From the NCBI GenBank assembly GCA_024275655.1, contig JAJRYR010000040.1:1-53177 (forward strand): 53,177 nucleotides of DNA, given 5' to 3'. Source of the stretch: an archaeon. Its GTDB lineage: Archaea; B1Sed10-29; WALL01; WAMD01. The first letter of the stretch is position 1, and every line of letters starts with the position of its first letter. Of the stretch, positions 48,026 to 53,177 are shown in pieces. Below the pieces are notes generated by a model. That model saw only the letters and a program-made list of their open reading frames with translations, did not search any database and was not told where the DNA came from. The translations under genes were made by a program, and so were the position numbers.

Positions 48026-48760
48026 ATGGTAAAAACAATACTAAAAAAGAAGATTTCACTAAAAGGATACACTCTGATTGAAGGATTCCCTGGAATAGGG
48101 TTAATCGGAACAATAGCTGCGAGTTTTCTAGCAGAGAAATTGAACATGGAACTAGTTGGGTACATCTACTCAGAGAAATTTCCTCCAATGGCTAGCATAC
48201 ATGATGGGGTGCCTTACTATCCAGTAAGGCTGTATGCGGACAAAAAGAACAAGATTATTGTTGTCTTTTCTGACTTCGTTATACCTGCAGATATAGTTTA
48301 CGAAATGTCAAATGAGTTGATAACTCTCTTCAAGAAGGAAAAAATGAAGGAAATAATATCTCTGGCTGGAATGACTTCCACATTCGTAACAGAGGAGAGA
48401 GCCGTTTACGCCATAGTATCAAAGGAAGAATTGAAGAAAAAACTGGAAAAATTGGATGTAAGATTTATCCAACAGGGGGTTACAACTGGGGTTTCCGGTG
48501 TTTTATTAATGAAATGTGCAATGGAAGGATTGCCTGCCTTTAGTCTTCTAGCAGAATCCAGCATGGCATACCCCGACCCAGGATCTGCAGCGTTCCTCCT
48601 CAATAAATTGGGCGAGTACCTGGGTATCAAGGTGGAAACTGGCCTACTAGAGGAAGAGGCAAAGAAGATCCAAGAGAGGATCCAGAAAACCATTGAACAA
48701 GTGAGGGCAGGAAGAATGAAATACAAGCAAGCAGAAGAGCATTTGCCCATGTATGGGTAG
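48026..48760 (+). CDS. Proteasome assembly chaperone PAC2 family (PbaA/B-like)
   Basis: IEGFPGIGLIGTIA, FPP, GVSGVLL, YPDPGSA, C-terminal MYG. Confidence 0.92.
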   Translation: MVKTILKKKISLKGYTLIEGFPGIGLIGTIAASFLAEKLNMELVGYIYSEKFPPMASIHDGVPYYPVRLYADKKNKIIVVFSDFVIPADIVYEMSNELITLFKKEKMKEIISLAGMTSTFVTEERAVYAIVSKEELKKKLEKLDVRFIQQGVTTGVSGVLLMKCAMEGLPAFSLLAESSMAYPDPGSAAFLLNKLGEYLGIKVETGLLEEEAKKIQERIQKTIEQVRAGRMKYKQAEEHLPMYG

Positions 48761-48798
48761 GTTTTTAAATAAAATAAGCATAATTCTAATGGGGTGGT

Positions 48799-49344
48799 AT
48801 GACCATGATAAAATTGGAGGACTTCCACAGGTTAATCTCTCCCAGACCAACAGTTCTCGTTACCACTGTGGATGAGAAGGGGAGGGAGGATGTAGCTGCA
48901 TTCTCATGGGTAATGCCAGTTAGTTTTGATCCTCCATTGGTGGCCATAGCAATAGGTCCAAATAAGCACTCTTACTGGAACATAACAAGAATAAACGAAT
49001 TCGTGGTAAACATCCCAACAGAGAAAATGCTTGAAAAGGTTTGGATTGCCGGTGGTCCATGGGATCCAAAACAGAGCAAAATAGAGAAGGCGAAGCTAAA
49101 GACAAAACCAAGTGAGCTAGTTAGGCCCCCTAGGTTGGCGGACTGTCCAGTGAACATAGAATGCATGGTAGAGAATGCAAGAAAGGCTGGGGATCACGTT
49201 ATAGTTATAGGGAAAGTTGTGAAGATACACGTAAAAGAAGATGCAATAGATGAAAGAGGGAATTTGAAAGTGGATGTTGTTAGGCCACCACTGCATGTGG
49301 CTGATAACTTATTTGCTTTCCCCTATGTTACAAAGTCCGTCTAA
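48799..49344 (+). CDS. Flavin reductase-like FMN-binding protein
   Basis: PRPTVLVTT, SW.MPVS..PP, EFVVNIP, EC, GDH...IG.V. Confidence 0.9.
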   Translation: MTMIKLEDFHRLISPRPTVLVTTVDEKGREDVAAFSWVMPVSFDPPLVAIAIGPNKHSYWNITRINEFVVNIPTEKMLEKVWIAGGPWDPKQSKIEKAKLKTKPSELVRPPRLADCPVNIECMVENARKAGDHVIVIGKVVKIHVKEDAIDERGNLKVDVVRPPLHVADNLFAFPYVTKSV

Positions 49345-52300
49345 CTCCCTTCTTCATTATGTATACGGAAGCCAATCCCAGGACGATTGCCATTATGTAC
49401 CAGACCAGATCAGACTCTGGAACAGTTGGCACCACTGGTGGAACTGGTGATTCCTTCTCCGCTTTTTCCCATGGCTTTTCTCCATGAACTGCACTTGGCT
49501 GGAGCAGTGGTGGATCAGGCATTCCAGTGACTGCATTGAAACCGTTGGTCTTGAACTCGTTGTTTAACTCTATTGGCTGACCATTCACAAAGACATAGTT
49601 GTTTGTATCTGGGTTGTACTGTATGCTTCCACCAGTTCCCTTCAGCCAGGTTATCAACGCATCCTCAAGCAAGGTGTTACCCTTTCCATCCTTGATCGTC
49701 ATCAAGGTTCTTCCAAGCTCATCAACTCTAGTGGATATCTCCCTCAAGAGATATGCATCAGTGTGTGGTTTGCCTTCCTCGTATATCCTTATTGTTCCAT
49801 CTGGGCTGATCTCCACTTGATCTCCTCTGTACGTTTCCTTCTGTCCATTGTAGTAGAGGTCAAAGTATGTTTGGTTCCCTACTTTATAGAATCTCCAACC
49901 AACCTTCTCGTTGTCTTGGATCTTTCCGTCTCCATTCAAGTCCTTGTATCCAGACACTGCGGTGATTATACCAAGCTTATCGGCCCCTGGTATTCTGGTG
50001 TTGGTTGCATCTATACCCAGGATATTTCCTAGTTCGTCCACTGCTGTTGGGCTCTGGCCATCCAGGCTTTGGAATGGTTTTGTTCCAACTAAATCTCTCC
50101 ATTGCAGACCAGTTATGCTCGGCTTAAAGTATCTTGGAAGTATGTATATGGTATCTCCTTTCCTTACAATCACTCCTCCAGCGAATACGGCTGATCTAAA
50201 GTTCAGCTCCTCTGTCTTGTTTTCAAGGTTCGTGAAGATTAACTTTCCAGACCTGGTTAACCAAACTGGCTGTTCTGTCTCTTCGTATCCTCCATCATTT
50301 CTATCGAATTCGAGTCTCACTTTGCCATCTATTGCTGCGGATGAGTAAATGCTTCCCTCATCTAGGTTGATCACTCTCAGGTTTCCAAACACTCTCTCCA
50401 GATCAGTGAAGTTCAGTGAATCAAACTTTGTAGTTATGTCCTGGTTGAAGGTGGGCTGTAGGTTGTCTGGAGATACAGAGAACACTGCACAGTCTGAGGA
50501 ATCAGAGACGTTCACGTAAACTGCAGTATTTGGTATGATCATAGCCGGCAACTCTGTATCAATCCATTTGAAAGGTATTAGTGCATTTGTTATGGTGGTG
50601 TTTCCATAGGTTAGTGTGTTTCCTTGTATGTCCACGCACTCTTGTATAGTCTCCTCATCTGTCAATCCACACATATGGAATGGGAAGGCATTTGCCAGGA
50701 AGTCTATTGTTGCATCGATAATATGCAAGTAGTATATGTCCCGCAATGCCACTCTTCCAGTTGCATTGTAGAATTCTCCATGAATGTGAAGCTGCTCTTG
50801 ATCCACATTGATTGGAGAGCTCATATTTTCAAATCCTTTCAGGAGATCCTCCACAGGCAATTGATCCAAACCAGGCAAATCCTTGAGAGCTCCTGCCTGC
50901 TCCTGCTCTGCTTGGATAACACTTGGATCCCTTATCTGCGTGCCTGCAATGATTATGAAGTTCCTCTCATCACAGGTTAGAAGCTCATTCAAACATCTGT
51001 TGGTCTTCTCCAGTTTACCCTCGAAGAGCTTTATCCCTCCTCCTGGGGTTGGGATACCTCCCTCAAGGACAATCATATCCACAACTCCAAGAGCAAAAGA
51101 TACTGGAGCCAATACTCCTGAGTAATCCATAACTGTTTGTGCAACTCCGCTGGCTACCATGTACGTTGACATAGCTGCCAATTCTCCTTGGCATTTTGCA
51201 CAGACCTGCTCACAGGGTGGTCTCTCACACTTTCCAGTTCTCACACACTCCTCCAATGCTCTCATGTCTGTTGCCTTCGCGGTTACCAACTGCTCTGCAC
51301 CTGTTGACATAGCCCTGGACAAGCCAGTAATGAGTGTGGCCCCAATCACTGTTTTAAATCTTGGAACGTTAGGCCACAAATAAATTATACTTGCAGTGGT
51401 GACTGCTTGTGACAAGAATCCGAAGTCAGAGAGCTTTTCTGCAAATGTCCAGGTTATCGGGAATTGCGTTTTTATTTGGTCGGGGTTTCCATATATGTAG
51501 CCGTATATGTCTGCACCACTCGTGATCAAAGCCACACTTGTTAGAAGGGTGTTGTTACCAACTGGCTTCATTGTTGTTGGATCCTCCAGAACGCTTATTC
51601 CGCTTTGCCTCCAGTTTGCCATCCTCATGAGATATCCGTTGTTGGTCTTCACTATTCTAGTTATTCCAGTTGGCTTGCCCTCTTCCTCAATGCGTATCAC
51701 TGATGCATAAGCACTTGGATTGAAATCGTATCCAAATATCAGGTAATCACCAAACTCTGAGTACTTGCCAGCCAAAACTGGGTCTATACCTAAACTAAGC
51801 AGGAAGCTGGCTAACTCTCTTGCCCCCAGGCTACCAAATGCCCCAGCAGAGTACATTCCAGGAATTGAACTTGGAGTCCCCTTGACCAGGATGTAGCTCT
51901 GCTTAGTGAAAAGATCCCCGGTGGTTGTGGGATCCCACTCCAGGGTGAATCCTGGTGGCGACATCTCCAGATAACCATTCATCATAGTTAGAATAGAGAA
52001 GGTCTGCAATCCCCAGGCCAATGCAGTTATTGGCCTTCCTACATAGTACAATCCTTTTAGATAACTTCTCAAAAATGTTCCTGCTAGGCTTATTGTTCTG
52101 GCCCTCAGTACAGTAGATATGTAATCACTAGGTATCAATCCATATTTGCCAACTAGCCACTCCCCTACTACAGATTTGGGTGCAGAACTCGCTACTATTC
52201 CTGAAAAAGCCTTCGCGACTTCTATATCTGACGGTGAACCATAGATTCCTAGCTTTGTTATCAACGCCTCATTTTCCAAAGCAACATCATATGCAGCTGA

Positions 52301-53177
52301 TTTTTTACTCAATAAAGTTGCAAGATCATTTAAATCATCTTGATAGGTTTGCCTGAACTCCTTAATTTTGTTTAGTCTCTTTTCTTTGTCTTCTATCTCA
52401 TCAATTTTCTTTAACTCTGTTTTTAATTTACTTAATTTACTCTTGATCTCGCTATTTGTCTTGATTTCACTCAAAATGCTATCTAATGACTCTTTTACAG
52501 AATCATCCAAATTATCAACAACTATATCTCCAAATCTTCCCTGCCAACTTTTAATCAAATTCCTCGCCTGACTCTCTGCTACGGGTGATCCTTGAGTAGC
52601 TAGTATAGAAACGACAGTGCTTTCATCTCCGCTCACAAGTGCAGCAACAAATGTTCTTTTTTGACTATTATCCAACTGCTGGACATAACCCCTGATGTTA
52701 TCTGGGAGATTATTAATTACCTTATCTATTTTGTTGTTGTCTGCATTATCTATCAAGATCTCCATAATTTTCTTTTTATTCGTTGTAATTGCTATATCCG
52801 TCAACCCATCGATCTCATTTACTGCTCTCTTAACATCAGAAATATCATCACTGCCCCCAATTATAAAGTTCTTCAATTTCTTCATGCTCATTCGTAACTT
52901 ATCCTTCGGGGCCTGCAACACCTTCTCCTTGTTAGTTATAAAATCTCCACCCTTTCTGAAACCCCTAAAGATATTCACTATCCCACCAATCATGAAGGCG
53001 GCTTGGGCAACGGCCTCAAACTGGGCCAGATTCTTTAACTGGGACATGAAATACATGTAGGTTTTTGGTATGACAAAGATCTGGGAACCAGCTGGAGCAG
53101 CTAAGGAAACAACATACTTGTGGCTTCTTATCCTGGACATCCCAATGTCAACGCTTCCAAACGGATCCCCTGCGTCC
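49328..53177 (-). CDS. Giant membrane-anchored surface protein, 5'-partial (over 1280 aa)
   Basis: Frame open past ATG 53140 to the window edge; internal hydrophobic helices, Cys cluster, C-terminal VPE-TM-basic tail. Confidence 0.85.
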   Translation of the reverse strand, partial: DAGDPFGSVDIGMSRIRSHKYVVSLAAPAGSQIFVIPKTYMYFMSQLKNLAQFEAVAQAAFMIGGIVNIFRGFRKGGDFITNKEKVLQAPKDKLRMSMKKLKNFIIGGSDDISDVKRAVNEIDGLTDIAITTNKKKIMEILIDNADNNKIDKVINNLPDNIRGYVQQLDNSQKRTFVAALVSGDESTVVSILATQGSPVAESQARNLIKSWQGRFGDIVVDNLDDSVKESLDSILSEIKTNSEIKSKLSKLKTELKKIDEIEDKEKRLNKIKEFRQTYQDDLNDLATLLSKKSAAYDVALENEALITKLGIYGSPSDIEVAKAFSGIVASSAPKSVVGEWLVGKYGLIPSDYISTVLRARTISLAGTFLRSYLKGLYYVGRPITALAWGLQTFSILTMMNGYLEMSPPGFTLEWDPTTTGDLFTKQSYILVKGTPSSIPGMYSAGAFGSLGARELASFLLSLGIDPVLAGKYSEFGDYLIFGYDFNPSAYASVIRIEEEGKPTGITRIVKTNNGYLMRMANWRQSGISVLEDPTTMKPVGNNTLLTSVALITSGADIYGYIYGNPDQIKTQFPITWTFAEKLSDFGFLSQAVTTASIIYLWPNVPRFKTVIGATLITGLSRAMSTGAEQLVTAKATDMRALEECVRTGKCERPPCEQVCAKCQGELAAMSTYMVASGVAQTVMDYSGVLAPVSFALGVVDMIVLEGGIPTPGGGIKLFEGKLEKTNRCLNELLTCDERNFIIIAGTQIRDPSVIQAEQEQAGALKDLPGLDQLPVEDLLKGFENMSSPINVDQEQLHIHGEFYNATGRVALRDIYYLHIIDATIDFLANAFPFHMCGLTDEETIQECVDIQGNTLTYGNTTITNALIPFKWIDTELPAMIIPNTAVYVNVSDSSDCAVFSVSPDNLQPTFNQDITTKFDSLNFTDLERVFGNLRVINLDEGSIYSSAAIDGKVRLEFDRNDGGYEETEQPVWLTRSGKLIFTNLENKTEELNFRSAVFAGGVIVRKGDTIYILPRYFKPSITGLQWRDLVGTKPFQSLDGQSPTAVDELGNILGIDATNTRIPGADKLGIITAVSGYKDLNGDGKIQDNEKVGWRFYKVGNQTYFDLYYNGQKETYRGDQVEISPDGTIRIYEEGKPHTDAYLLREISTRVDELGRTLMTIKDGKGNTLLEDALITWLKGTGGSIQYNPDTNNYVFVNGQPIELNNEFKTNGFNAVTGMPDPPLLQPSAVHGEKPWEKAEKESPVPPVVPTVPESDLVWYIMAIVLGLASVYIMKKGVRRTL

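Overview
Archaeal chromosomal segment, gene-dense with short overlaps, GGTG/GGAGG Shine-Dalgarno sites and BRE/TATA promoters. Gene content and the many lysine-rich ORFans suggest a DPANN-like, possibly thermophilic lineage (inference). The left ~33 kb is mostly housekeeping: translation and tRNA modification (NOP2/RsmB, Cgi121, rps8e, TYW1, pheS/pheT, Nob1, ksgA, rpl21e, rpl40e, rpl41e, cysS), five intron-less tRNAs, PAN, ppsA, rpoF, riboflavin genes, cysK and uppS. The right ~20 kb is a surface-appendage region: a type IV pilus operon with five class III signal-peptide proteins and a 1440-aa surface protein, a second ATPase-TadB-TadC module, and a 5'-truncated giant membrane-anchored protein. 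Most notable: (1) a pilus ATPase fused to a 16-Cys ferredoxin, near a first ATPase whose Walker A Lys is Arg; (2) an intact stand-alone half (single-repeat) TBP; (3) a RaSEA-ArcS(DUF5591) archaeosine fusion; (4) one beta-sandwich domain apparently split between a pilin-like protein and the large surface protein; (5) a triple-hairpin mini-element bracketed by a duplicated tRNA-Leu 3' end. No CRISPR array, transposase or integrase was seen. All family calls are from motif recognition; no searches were run.
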